From Cladosporium halotolerans (lineage: Eukaryota): 64,000 nucleotides of DNA. The DNA lies in the NCBI RefSeq assembly GCF_011745625.1, contig NW_027191490.1, positions 1-64,000 on the forward strand, given 5' to 3'. The notes beneath the pieces were generated by a model, which ran no database searches, was not told where the DNA came from, and was given only the letters and a program-made list of their open reading frames with translations. Shown here in pieces: positions 22,609-34,366 of the stretch. Position 1 is the stretch's first letter. Each line of letters begins with the position of its first letter. Both the position numbers and the translations under genes were made by a program.

Positions 22609-24584
22609 TATTTGCAGCTTGATCGTGTGTGCTGCTTGTCCAGAACCGGGCCTCCAAACGCAGCCCACTCCCCTTGAGGGTAATTACAATGTACAACTCT
22701 TCCACTAAGAACTCGCTGCCATGTCGCGCACGGTGCAGGCGAGGTGCTTGGGCAAGCCTGTAGTCCGACCTGAATATGTGTTCTCTGCGATTTTGGTCGA
22801 ATGCGATAGGGTGGTGTAAGAATTGTAGCGGCTGGTCACGACAGTCTGCTTTCGTAGACAATCTGCACTGTAGCGACAGTGGGGTGAGACAACGGGCCGG
22901 AGGGATGCAGCGGTGTATGGAGAGGCGGGCGTATGTCGGAAGAGGAATGCGAGACCAAAGGGTTGAGTATACAGGGCGGAGTGAGGAGCAGGCACTGGGC
23001 AAGGTAGGTAGTTTGCACGCCTGACGTTGCCGCGATGTTGGCCAGCGACACCTGCCACGGACGCTGGTGGAGGTCCGGCTGCGAGGGTTTGGGATTGGGT
23101 TTAGGCGGCACGCCATACACGGCCGCCGGACATGGCCCCAGGGTTCGTGCGTGGAGTGTTTCATAGTTCAACCATTCACAGGCCCGAGCGCAGCTATTCT
23201 TACGATTTCGCCGCCGCTCACGTCTCCACCGCCGTCGGCCGCCGCGCGTATGTGCGCGTCCAAGGGCTCACGGCGCGCGCGAGCTTGAAGACCGAAGCGG
23301 GCAGACAAGCCTTTTGGCACCTGCGACTCCATCGCCGTCGCGCGCGCACGCCCACGCACCGGCGCACGACGAGGCCGTCGCCAGCGACGCCGGGCAGTGC
23401 GAGCGCGCCGGCACATGGCGATCCTTCGCCGCCTGCGGTTGCGCCGAACTCGTCCCCGACACCAGCCAGGCCAGCCGCCGCGCGCGCCATTTAGCTGGCG
23501 TGAGATCGACGCGCAGCCCTCCGCTCGCTTGGCTCGGCAGCTGCAAGAGGCCTCAGCCGCTGGCACACGCAGAGACGCACAGGCGACAGGCCGACCGCAG
23601 CAGCGCAGCCAGACACGCCAGGATAGCGCGCCTCTCTGCCTGTCTCTCTCTCCCAACCCGCCGCCGTCGCCGCCTGGCTCGCCGCCCACCGCCCGCCGCT
23701 GCCGCTTCGGCCGACCGAAGGACCCGGCACGCTCGTACGCCCGGCTCGAGTCAGCCCGGCCGCTCCATCAAGGCATGTGTCGCCGGCAGCATGGCTAGCA
23801 TGCAGGCTAGGGGTGGCCTGCCTGACCATTATACATACATGTAGCTAGCTAGGCGCCACACGGCAGCAGCTGCCTCCGGCATGCGCGGTACGTCTCTCTC
23901 GGCCGTCTGGTGGCATTCCACGCCGCCACCGTCCGCAGCACCACCACCGTCGCCGTTCCTGCCACGCAATACGCTGTGATGATCCCTCTGTCTCACTGCG
24001 ACACATGGTGGGACGTTGCCCAGCTCCTACAGTATCGTCCACAAGTTTCTCGCCCGCCCTGGCCCGTGCTCGGTCAGCCTCCCTGCCACGCCCGATATCA
24101 GTGCAGGGTTCACTGCAGAGGGGTCACGGTAACCCTGATCGTTTACCCTGCTTGTCGAATCCTGCCAACTGTACCAGGCCTCAAGTTTACGATATGCGAC
24201 AGCTGCCCTCGATTCCGTGCTTCCGCGATTATTTAATCAGTTCAAACCGATGCAGCGCCATGTCGCAGGCCCCCCGAAATCTCCGTTCCACGATCTATAC
24301 AAGCCATATGTCGGTCTATTCTCCGAAAACTGCAATCCCCTCACACCCAGCCAGTGCGAGCCTTCTGACGTTTGTTGTCTTCAAGCTGTGACCACCGCGC
24401 AAGCCCACTCACCTCTAACCGTCTCCACAGCTCAACAGCACCAAAGCGCCCTCATCAACTTGCTCTCATGTGACGACAAGTCTACCTCCGACGCTAGCGT
24501 TCACCTCCTCTCGACGCTAGAATATGGCCGCCCCTCTGCTGACCAGATAAGGCTGCAACTACCGATTCACCAATTCCCCGATCA

Positions 24585-25730
24585 TCAGATTCCCACCCCT
24601 CTGGACCCGTGCGCGTAGTCAAATGCCTTAAGAAGCCCGACCAAGTGCGCGGCCGCCGCCAGCACCACTAGAACATGGAAGATCTGGTGCGAACTGCCCC
24701 ATATGTCGAAAGCGCCGGGGCTCCATCGCTCGGGCACCCGAGCCTGATCGAAAAAAAGTCAGCCCTGTCATCAGCTCATCGGTGGAGCAGAGCATGTAGA
24801 TCAGTGCACTTACCGCGTAGATCATCGCCCCGAGGATGTAGAGCAGGCCTTGCGTGACCAGCCACGACAAGCCGATCTGCTTTTCCAGCTGCGCGACGCC
24901 AAACATCGAGCAGCCGTGGAGGACGGGGAACACGGCGCTCAGCCCCATCGCGACGAACATAAATGCGCGGAAGGGCCGCCAGGCTGGCGTGCGGAAGCGT
25001 GGGATCAGGACGACGACGATTGTCGCCGCGCCGATGCTCGTTATCTGCGTAGTGCAGAATCATCAGCATATCGTCACTCGGTTAAAGTCTCCACCACCGA
25101 GGTTTGACTGACCATCGACCAATACACCCTCACCCACTCCATCTGCCCGGCAAACCCATAGTACACGGACGGGACGAAACTGCCCCAAATGAGCACGACA
25201 ATCCTACCCCGCCATCAGTCAGCAAAGAAAATCATCAACACGACAGAACCAAACACCCACCCCAGGTAATCCAACTTATTCCCCAGCCCCGCAACCCTCT
25301 CCGAATGGTTCGCAATCGTATGGTACGTCGCCGACATGGCCAAGCACACCACGGCGCCGCCAAAAAAGCACGCGAACACCCTCACGTCCTCCCCAGTCGC
25401 CAGCGCATACCGCGGCTTCACACTCCCGTAGACGTAAACCCCCGCCAAAAGAGCTAGCAATGCTCCGACGAGGTGCGTGTAGATGTTGACGCTCTCGTTG
25501 TGCAGGTGCGAGAGGCTGGCGAAGGACCGTGAGTAGGAGTTCGACGCGGGCCGGTAGCCGGAGTGGATGTGCTGGTTGTCTTGCTGCCAGGGGGCGAGGT
25601 CGCGCCAGAGGACGGTGAGAGTTTGTGCGGTGCGGGTTTCGAGGCGGTGCGTTAGGGTGTCGTCGGCTTTGTCTTTGCCGTCGATGTTGCCGTTGGCGGG
25701 TTGTTTAAGTTTGGTGGCGGCATTGGCCAT
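24585..25730 (-). CDS. PAQR/HlyIII family membrane protein (IZH/adiponectin-receptor-like); 4 exons
   Basis: [57 protein letters not shown]; three introns. Confidence 0.92.
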
Positions 25731-26079
25731 TTTTGGTCGTGGTTGGACGTGGATCGGAGTTGTCAAATCGGACGCCGCATCTAATAAAGAGGACTTCACA
25801 TTTATGTTCTGGGGATGAAATCGAGCATTGTTGGAATTATGGCCTGATACCTTAGTTCTACGGGCGTAAACGCCGCCCCGCGACGTCCAGGTGGGATTTG
25901 TGTCGCTGCCCGCCCGCAGAGGCCCGCCTCACCCAAATCACAATTTCGCGGGGCAGAACGGCGGGTGCAACGTCACTTCCAATTCCCTGGATGCGGGCGC
26001 CTGCGGGCTGCTCTGTTTGTTGACAACCTCTATCAAAACGCACACCCCTGCTTTGCTCGCATGCACAGCACACTTTGCG

Positions 26080-27137
26080 ATGGAGGGTAGAGGAAAGATT
26101 GGCAGTTCCCATGGCGGGTCAAACCGATCGCAGGCCCGCCGTGGCCCGTCGGGAGCGTGGAATCGGCTGAAACCTGTCACGATCGATCCGCTGGACGCTT
26201 ATGGGTTGCCGTCGAAGGGGGACAAGAGGTAATCTTGGAACTATTCAATGCATGCAAATGTTTTGCATTTCGAGTGGCTGACTGTTTTTGGCCAAGGTTA
26301 TACGACCACAAGACGCAAGAAGCCTACTATACAAAGATCGTAGAGCGCTACATGAAGTTCTGCGCCTCGTCGAGCGGCGGCGAAGAGCTCGAGACCGCTC
26401 TCGCCTCTCTTTCCCTCGACCCTCCAAAACCAAAACCCACCTCCGCCTCTTCCTCTCAGCCCTCAAACACAACCACCACCACCCCAGCAGGCCAACCCAC
26501 AACCACCCGGCCCTCCATCCCCCGCCACGCCTCTTCCACCGACCGCCCCAACGACCTCCCCAACATCCTCATGGCCATGCGCCGTCTGCGCGAAGGCATC
26601 CTCGGCTCCCGCCGGCACGACGCCTTCGCCCAGCGCGCCTACATGTTCATCGCGCAAGCCGGCATCCTCACGCGCCAGTGGGAATCCTACCAGCCGACCC
26701 TCCTGCACCTCGTCCACGGCATCCACGCGCAGACCCCGCTGTCGCCGCTCGAGCTCCGCGACTTCGTCGGGTACATGGTGCTCGACCTCGCGTGCCGGCA
26801 GGGCGATTTGGGCGGGGCGTTCGCGCTGCGCGAGCGCTTTGCGCACCGCGATAGGCGGGTTGAGGCGGTGCTGCGCGCGCTGGTGCACGACGACTGGCCG
26901 CGGTTCTGGCGGGTGAGGCGGGCCGTGGACGGGTATCAGCGGGCGCTGATGGGGTTTGCCGAGGAGAGGGTAAGGCTGCATGCGCTGAAGTGTTTGGGGA
27001 GGAGTTATTTGAGCGCCGACAGGGGGTTTGTGGAGCGCGCGGCGGATGCGGGATGGGAGGAGCTGGTGGGAAGCGGGGTTGGCTGGCAGTTGTTGGAGAG
27101 CGGGAGTGTGGTTATTCGGAAGCCGAAGCCGAAGTGA
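26080..27137 (+). CDS. Conserved fungal hypothetical protein, possible SAC3/PCI-like helical domain; intron 26229-26296
   Basis: Spliced DAYGLPSKGDKR/LYDHKTQEAYYTKIVERY..AMRRLREGI..HALKCLGRSY..VGWQL. The coding call is firm; the domain call is inference. Confidence 0.75.
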
Positions 27138-27260
27138 GGTGTGCGGTGGGTTTGTTGCCGAAGAATGCCGCACAGGCAAGTCGTCTCATCGGGCAGGTTT
27201 CGTCTGGGCTGAAGTTGAGCAGCCAGTTTTTGACATGACTTCACGAGGACCGCGGTCCTC

Positions 27261-28870
27261 TCAGTCAGGCGTTCGTCTCCTCTTCTCTTTCCGGCCCCTG
27301 CTCTTTCGCTGACGAGACATATCAGGCGGCCGCATCACATACTCCTCTGTATCTGGATCGTAATCCAGCAGCTCCTTCTCAATACCCCACAGCGGTGCTT
27401 CGGGCATGACGCGAGTCGAAACGTCGCGGTCCTTCGTCCGTAGCTTCCAGTAGACATTCGGCCGCTTCGATCCGTCCGGGAATTCAATGTTAAGCTTCCA
27501 GTCGCGCAGCGCGTCGCACTCGTACCTCCCTCGATCGTTCAGCCCCGGCCCACCCAGCTTCATTCGCGCACGCACAGACGGGTGCACGTACTCGTGCGTG
27601 TCTTCCAGCGGGTCTTGCGTGATCGCGCCGGTCTCAGGATCACGCACCATGTACCTGCCCGGCGTGCGGATCTTCGTCCCGCCCAGCGCGTAGATGCCTT
27701 CCATGCCGTTCAGGATCTTGCCGAAGCTCCAGGGTCGCGGCTTCTCGCCGTTCTTCTCGTAGAACTCTTCATCCTCCTCCCACTGGTCCAGCACGTAGTC
27801 TTCGTTCATGTCCATGAAAGGGGTGCACTGCGACACCATCCACGCGAGGGAAATCGTCGCGATCTGCTGGTCGGGGTAGCCGCCGCCGCAGTTCGAGTGC
27901 GCGCCGGGAAACCACACTTGGCGCAGGGTAGTCGTGTTGCCCTGAAATTTCTCCCACAGCGCTGGCATGAAGGCGTAGCGCTCCTCGTCCAGCGCGAGCG
28001 CCTGGAAGGCGTTCTCGACGCAGTTTGACAGGCTGGTGTCGTAGAAGCCGAGTTCTTTGGATGCCGAGCTTTGCAGGCCGAATCTTCGCAGCCAGCCGAT
28101 TTTGGGCGTGCCGAGCGATCCGACCGTGTCCCAGACACCGACGACTTTGACGGGCACGTGGAGGCGGGATAGGCCTCGCCGTTCGAGCTCCTGGCCGTAT
28201 CGCGGGTCGAGCACGCTGGGTTTGTTAGGGAACGGCTCGTCTGGATTCTTTGGTCGGTAGTTTTCGTTGTGGCGTTGCTGAACGTCGCGGAAGATCTCGG
28301 CGAGGTATGGGAGGCCTTCCTTGGTCAAGACTCCAACGTTGTCGATTAACCCTGCGATACTGCGTGCGGTGAAAGCCCCTCGCGAAAAGCCAAAAATGAA
28401 GATCTCGTCGTTAGGAACGTAGTTGGCGGAGAGAAATTGGTATCCTGTTCGAACGATTTCCGCGATTCCTGGATTGTACGGTTAGCGGACCGTCCAACAA
28501 TTGCCATCAGCCATCACATTGAATCAGACTTCAATAACTCACCCTCTCCAGAAATACCCCCATAGACCTTATCGATCACACCTCCGCTAACGCCCACTCC
28601 AACATGATAATTAACAATCTGCGGAATCCCATCGCGACTCATCGGCTTAATCGCCCTCGCCAGCCGCACGACATTGCTGGGCGGCGCATTCCCGCCCTGC
28701 GCAATGTTGCCATCCGAGCTCTGCCACGTCCCGTCCTCGCACAGAATAATCCGCTTGCTCGGCCGCGGGCGCGGCGGCGCTTCCAGGAACCCAGAGGTGG
28801 CGGGCGGCGGTGGGCCGGCGGCGAAGTCGCGGTTCGTGTGGGCGCGGCTGTGCGCCGAGACGCGCGACAT
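27261..28870 (-). CDS. DUF2235 alpha/beta hydrolase (Tle1 phospholipase-like domain); intron 28469-28542
   Basis: KRIILCEDGTW, SNVVRLAR, IFGFSRGAFTAR nucleophile elbow, VGVWDTVGSLG, QALALDEER, QVWFPGAHSNCGGG. Confidence 0.92.
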
Positions 28871-29634
28871 CTACAGTATGTATCTGCCAATCCAGCAGGA
28901 TCGCGGCGCCGGCTGCTGCAGGATTCCGGGTGGCTTTGGTTGGCTGGGTGGATTTTTGGCGACTTCGATTGATTTGATTGCGCCAGAGTTGCAGCGGCAG
29001 GCGTGCGTCGGCCGCTCTAAGCGAGCCGTCCCAGGGCCGGGGTCCTGGTTGGGAGAGAGTCGTTCCTGCGTCGTGGGATATCGCGTGGCATTTGCAGCCG
29101 GGCTATTAGATGTCGCTATATGGCAAGGAAGGGAGAAAGGCAAAACGAAAGTCAAAGAAACAGCGACACGAACGCGACACGGGCGTCAGAAGGTGGGATA
29201 TAATGTAGCGTGGCTGCCCAAGGTCACGAACGGGCGGATCGCGCGTGGAGAAGCCGGCGCGGCGGTTGAGACAGTCGCTAGCCACGAGGTTTTCGGGGCG
29301 CCGCGTGCCCGACGGCCAGGGTCTGCCCGGTTTGCAGGCGTGCGCATTGCGCGGGCTGGGCTTCGAGACATGCCAGCCCAACTGACTTCATCGCTAAGGC
29401 AGGTCTGTTCGCGCCGGAGGTAAAAGGGGAGGATGGTGCGAGATTGCAGCTCGCGCTAGCGGCGGCGCGCACGGTTGACGATGAGGTCGATCATGGTGTT
29501 GCACCGGAAAGTCAAAAATTGGTATTAATCAGGAAGAACGGAAAGAGGTATCATCGTCGTAAACATCGTCCCAAGCCCACCAGAAACACCGATCCAAACA
29601 ATGCAAATTTCGACAGCGTTGCCACCCACACGGT

Positions 29635-32023
29635 CTACTCCTCCATCTCGTCCATCTGGCCATCGAGCTCCGCCTGCTCTTCCAAAGCAGCGCCCTCCGC
29701 GAGCTCCTGCTCCTGACATTCACGCTCGACTTCCTGCGCGACAAAGTCCTCATACGCCTCCAGGCTGCCCTGGACGTGGATCTTGAACTTGATGATATCA
29801 TTGAGCATGCGCTCAAGTTCGGTGTGAAGCTCTTCCCGTACAGCGGAAGAACGGAGGGTGAGCTGCTCGTACCTGTTCATCAAATCAGTACTTCATCCAC
29901 CTGGAAGTTACGGCTTCTTAAAACTGGACTTACTCAAGGTTGGTGTTCATCTCTCTCTGCTCCATCAACTGCACGCTCTCCGTAAGTCCAGCGCGCATCT
30001 TCGCGAGCTCCTTCTCCATCTTCTCGATCTGCGTATCAGACGCCATGTTCTGCGCGTACGAGATCTCCTTCATCTTCTCGAACTCTTCCTGCGCGCCGCG
30101 CAGGCGGTGCTCCAGCGTGTCCATCTCCGCATACTTGTCTTCCAGCGCCTCGCGCGTCTTGTCCAGCATGTCCATTTTCGCCATGTCTTCTTCGAGCGCG
30201 CCGTTGCGGCGGTCGGAGATGGCTTTGCGCAAGTCCTGAAGTGCTTTCTTGCAAGACTTGAGGTCATTGTGGCGGAGGAGATGGTAGGGCTGGTAGCCGT
30301 TGTTGGGGTCGTACAGCAGCCGATCAGATTCGAAAAGCTGTTGGCTGGAGGCACCCATCTGGCTTGCACTGAAATCAGGCCCATCATTTACCGTGAGATG
30401 CAGCTCGTGGTCGTAGCCGTTGGCATTTGATGCCGTCGAAGGAATGATACCGATCTGGTACCCGAGGCCATTGTATCGCTGCACAGCTGCTTCCAACTCG
30501 TCCAGCTTAGCTCCGGTCTCTGCTTCTTTCTTCGACGTCCTTTCTTTGGCTTCGTCCAGACGAATAGCAGTCGTCTCCACGCCCTTCTGCAGACGCTCGC
30601 GCTCAGAGTTCATGCGGTCGATGTCCTGGACGCTCAGTCCTTGATCGTCGACGCGCCTCTGCAGCTCGTTCTTCTCCTCCTCGGCCTCCCTCAGCTCCTG
30701 CTCGCATCTTTCAATTTCTTGCTGAAGAAGCTGTGCGCGGTTCTGGTATTTGTCGACCTTGCCTTCCATAGAAGTGTTGTAGTTTTCGAACTTCACGCGG
30801 TCCTCCTCGAGGATCTTGATCTGTTCATCCAGCTTTGACAAGCGTGGCGCTGATTTGGAAAGCTCGTCGATTTGCTCCTGCAGCGCCTTGCCCTCTTCCT
30901 CAAGCTGCTTCAACTGCTCCAGATTCGCTTGGTTCGCCTGCTCGAACTTGGCTGCCATTGCTTCAACGTGCGGCTGGATTCTCCGCTTCTCTTCGTCCTC
31001 ATCGTCGTCCTCCTCGATAGACAGCCACTCCTTGTAAGCATCCGACAGAAACTGAAAGGTGATGCGATCGGCCGTGACATCGAATCCTGCCTCAATGCAT
31101 GCCTCATCATATGCGCCAAACGCGTACTGCTCCATCATTTTGGCCAGGTTCATCATCCAGTGCAGCATTCCAAGGAACGTCGACCAGTTGTTTCCGCCGA
31201 CGGCAGAGAGCTGAGACTTGGAGATATTCTTTTCGAAGGGGTATCGCATTTGCTTGAGTAAAGGCGGAACCTCGGCGTCGATGTTTTTCTGAAAGCGGTA
31301 TGAAGGGTCGATGCAGTGGTAGAGAAAGTGGAACATGAGGTTGAAGTCCTTTTGCGTGGGCGAAGTCATCGTCTTGTGCGTGAGGCTATGTTTCATCTCG
31401 CCCTCGAAGTTGCGTTGGCCCAGAAACTCCATAAGCTCCTGGCCCATCATGGCTCGAGTGTTGCTGTCGCGGAGGCGGCGCGGGTCCGTGGGGATTCCAT
31501 TGGCGGGCGGTGCGGTCGCGAAGAACGACTGGTGTCCGGTAGGGCCAAAGCCTGCAGAAGGGCGCGCTGAGTAGACACTGCTCCTCCGTGCTGTGCTTTC
31601 CTGGAGAGGGATCGGGTGTGCCGGGGTGCTGGCGACCGGCGCAAAGCTCTTTCGACCTCCCGTGCTCGTAAGGAAGTTCGCAGTGCTGTGTCTTTTGCCT
31701 GTTGAGAGACCCATCTCCGCCAGGTTTCCTCCAGAAGATGAACGGTGGAAGTTCGGTTGTGATGGTCTTCCTGGCGCAAGCGACATGCGCGACCCGGAAG
31801 TAGATCGCATGTGTTGTGCGGTGCCCGGTGCCTGGCCGAAGTGGTTCTGTGAGGTCGATCGCTTCATGGCGGATGCTGGCATAGGGATCGCGGAGACATT
31901 ATTGCTGATTGCGCCGAGTGTCTGCAAACCTGATCAGTGTTTTGCGTCGTGCGACCAAATACAGTGCGCGTTTCCTACCTCACGTGGTCGGCGCACCGAA
32001 AACATGCCCCCTTCTTGGGACAT
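29635..32023 (-). CDS. NDC80: Kinetochore protein Ndc80/Hec1; introns 31922-31978 and 29873-29933
   Basis: [46 protein letters not shown] (CH domain), followed by a long coiled coil with [13 protein letters not shown]. Confidence 0.93.
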
Positions 32024-32422
32024 GACGGGCGCGAAACGGGTGACGTAAAATGTTTGCGATTCAATTTCGGTATGCGACCGCAGTGCTATTCGTCGTGGTC
32101 GTCCAGTTGTGTACGTGTAGCAATGTCCAAGCGTAGGGTGTTTCGTCCTGAATCCAAGCGGCCGCGAAAGTAAACAAAGCGTTGCTAGCGCGGGCGGTCT
32201 CAGCACTGCAGCAAACACCGCGCACAATCCAGAACGCTGATCGCGCGCCCAGGTGGCAGCCGAGCCGAGGTATCCATTTCCAGCCATCCCCAAAGGCCGA
32301 GCATCACGAGCGAACATCCTTCCCTGTCCGACGATAAGATACATCGCTCTTTCTGCTTCCACAACAGCCTGCTTCGCGCATTTTGCTAGCACGTATCTCC
32401 ATCACTGTGCCACACCGCCATC

Positions 32423-33502
32423 ATGGTCCGTGAGGACCTTATCGAGGGTGCGATCTCCTTCCTCCAGGATCCCTCTGTCGCATCCGCGCCCGTCGAACAG
32501 CGAGTCGCCTTCCTCCGCTCTAAGAACCTCACACAAGAAGAGATCGACGCTTCCCTGGCACGAGTAGGCCAGGCAACGCCATCACAGGCTACGTCGACGA
32601 CGACGAACTATCAACGACAAGCACCGCCGCCTCAACAATATGGGTACCCACAGCAGCAGCAACCCTACTGGGGCCAACCGCCTCCCGAACCTCTCCGCCG
32701 AGATTGGCGAGACTACTTTATCATGGCAACGGTGATGGGCGGACTGGGGTACGGTCTTTACTGGACCGCGAAGCGATACATCACCCCTCTCATCGCTCCC
32801 CCAACCCCTCCGCAGATCGAGCAAGATAAGGCCAGCATAGACGCGAGCTTCGACAAAGCTTTCGCACTTCTGGACCAGCTCGCAACGGATACGCAGGAAC
32901 TGAAGGATGCGGAGAAGGCCCGGACAGAGCGCCTGGACAAAGCCCTGTCCGAGGTCGAATCGGTGCTGGGCAAGATGAAGGAAGCGAACGAGGCGCGCGA
33001 GACCGAGAGCAGGCGCATGGCGCGCGAAATGAACGAGATCCGCGAGCAGATTCCTAAGGCGATCGAGAAGGAGAGGGAAGGCACCGACGGGCGTTTGAAG
33101 GACATTGGCACGGAGATGAAGAGTCTCAAGACACTCGTCGCAAACCGTATGGCTGGAGGCGCTCCCAGGGCAACGCCCGGCTACACTCCTCCGGCCGCGG
33201 CCCAGGCTCCTGCTCAGCCTCATGCACCTACAGCTGCTTCTCCAGCTGCGCCTGCGCCGGAAGTCAATGGCGTTCAGGACGCCGCTCCCAAAGAAGCCGA
33301 GAAGCCCGCCTCTGCTGTTCCCGATCGCGCGAATTCAAGCTCGCCTTTTGGCAGGACAATTGGTGCCAAGTCTCCTTCCATTCCGGCGTGGCAGCTTGCC
33401 GCGAAGAAGAGGAATGAGGAGGCCAAGGCAAAAGACGCTTCAACTGGTGCGCCGGACGTTGCGCAGAGTGGCACTGCCGTGGATGCTGAGGCCGGAGCGT
33501 AG
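32423..33502 (+). CDS. PEX14: Peroxisomal membrane anchor Pex14
   Basis: MVREDLIEGAISFLQDPSV..RVAFLRSKNLTQEEIDASL N-domain, RDWRDYFIMATVMGG hydrophobic segment, coiled coil, SIPAWQ. Confidence 0.95.
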   Translation: MVREDLIEGAISFLQDPSVASAPVEQRVAFLRSKNLTQEEIDASLARVGQATPSQATSTTTNYQRQAPPPQQYGYPQQQQPYWGQPPPEPLRRDWRDYFIMATVMGGLGYGLYWTAKRYITPLIAPPTPPQIEQDKASIDASFDKAFALLDQLATDTQELKDAEKARTERLDKALSEVESVLGKMKEANEARETESRRMAREMNEIREQIPKAIEKEREGTDGRLKDIGTEMKSLKTLVANRMAGGAPRATPGYTPPAAAQAPAQPHAPTAASPAAPAPEVNGVQDAAPKEAEKPASAVPDRANSSSPFGRTIGAKSPSIPAWQLAAKKRNEEAKAKDASTGAPDVAQSGTAVDAEAGA

Positions 33503-33835
33503 AGTATTTCGCTCTGTAATCTTGTAATGAGGCTCGAGTGTCTGCTTGAGAACAATATCCTGCCTAATGTGTTTGAAGGCTAAATTCGAACGTGATGTAG
33601 GCTTGTCTTGTCCTAAATCATTTTAGTCACAGACACAGGATTGGTACTTACAACATTTCCCCCTGGTTCACTACGGCTGCACGAACCCTTGTGTCAAAAT
33701 TGACATTCAGCCCCTCATATCTGGCGACATCGAGGCGGCTATATTGATAGCGAATCAAATTCGCTGTCTACAGCCATTGTTTCCGCTCGAAACGACAGAG
33801 ACGTTCCGGTCGAGGACGAGGATCCGTGAGAACGT

Positions 33836-33857
33836 TAACCCCAACCCTAACCCTTAA
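33836..33857 (+). repeat. Short degenerate telomere-like repeat (TAACCC CAACCC TAACCC TTAA)
   Basis: Three tandem hexamers matching the complement of TTAGGG, with one mismatch. Confidence 0.6.
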
Positions 33858-34366
33858 TTTGTTGCTCCAGGTTTTTGAAAGGTCGCGATCGTGACTAAAT
33901 TCAGATGAGTTCGTAATCGCTCTACGATTATGGTAACTTGGGACATTCTGGCGCTTGTCTGTGATGACTGGATGACTGGTTAGTTATTTGTCCGTTAAAT
34001 GTGTGTAGTGCTGGACTTTCATGATCGTAAGCTGTGTCGTCAAATTGAACTGTGTCAGTTAAGATTCACTTGATGAATTGTGGAAGGTACGATGGGATTG
34101 TTTCGATTGTTTGTGAAGACACAATTTATCTGAACACATCACGCATCCACGATCTCCCAGCATTTGCCTATGTTCCAAAGTGAAACTCTGGTGTTGCTTC
34201 ACTGCTCACGAAGTGAGGCCCACTGGCAATCAAGACGTGGTCAGTGCTTGTGCTTGCAGCAACGACTTCGCGACGTCACCAACTCTCTGAATTTCATACC
34301 TGAGAACAGCATCTAGACCACGAGAGCAGCTGCTCGATCGGGCAGTCGTCTTTAGATTTACTTATC

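Noticed and set aside
22609..22668. GTG-initiated N-terminal extension of the DUF1765 ORF
   Set aside because: Artefact of the ORF caller using bacterial start codons; the ATG at 22608 is adequate.
22700..24580. Many overlapping R/A/P-rich ORFs
   Set aside because: Expected in very GC-rich promoter DNA; no codon bias or domains.
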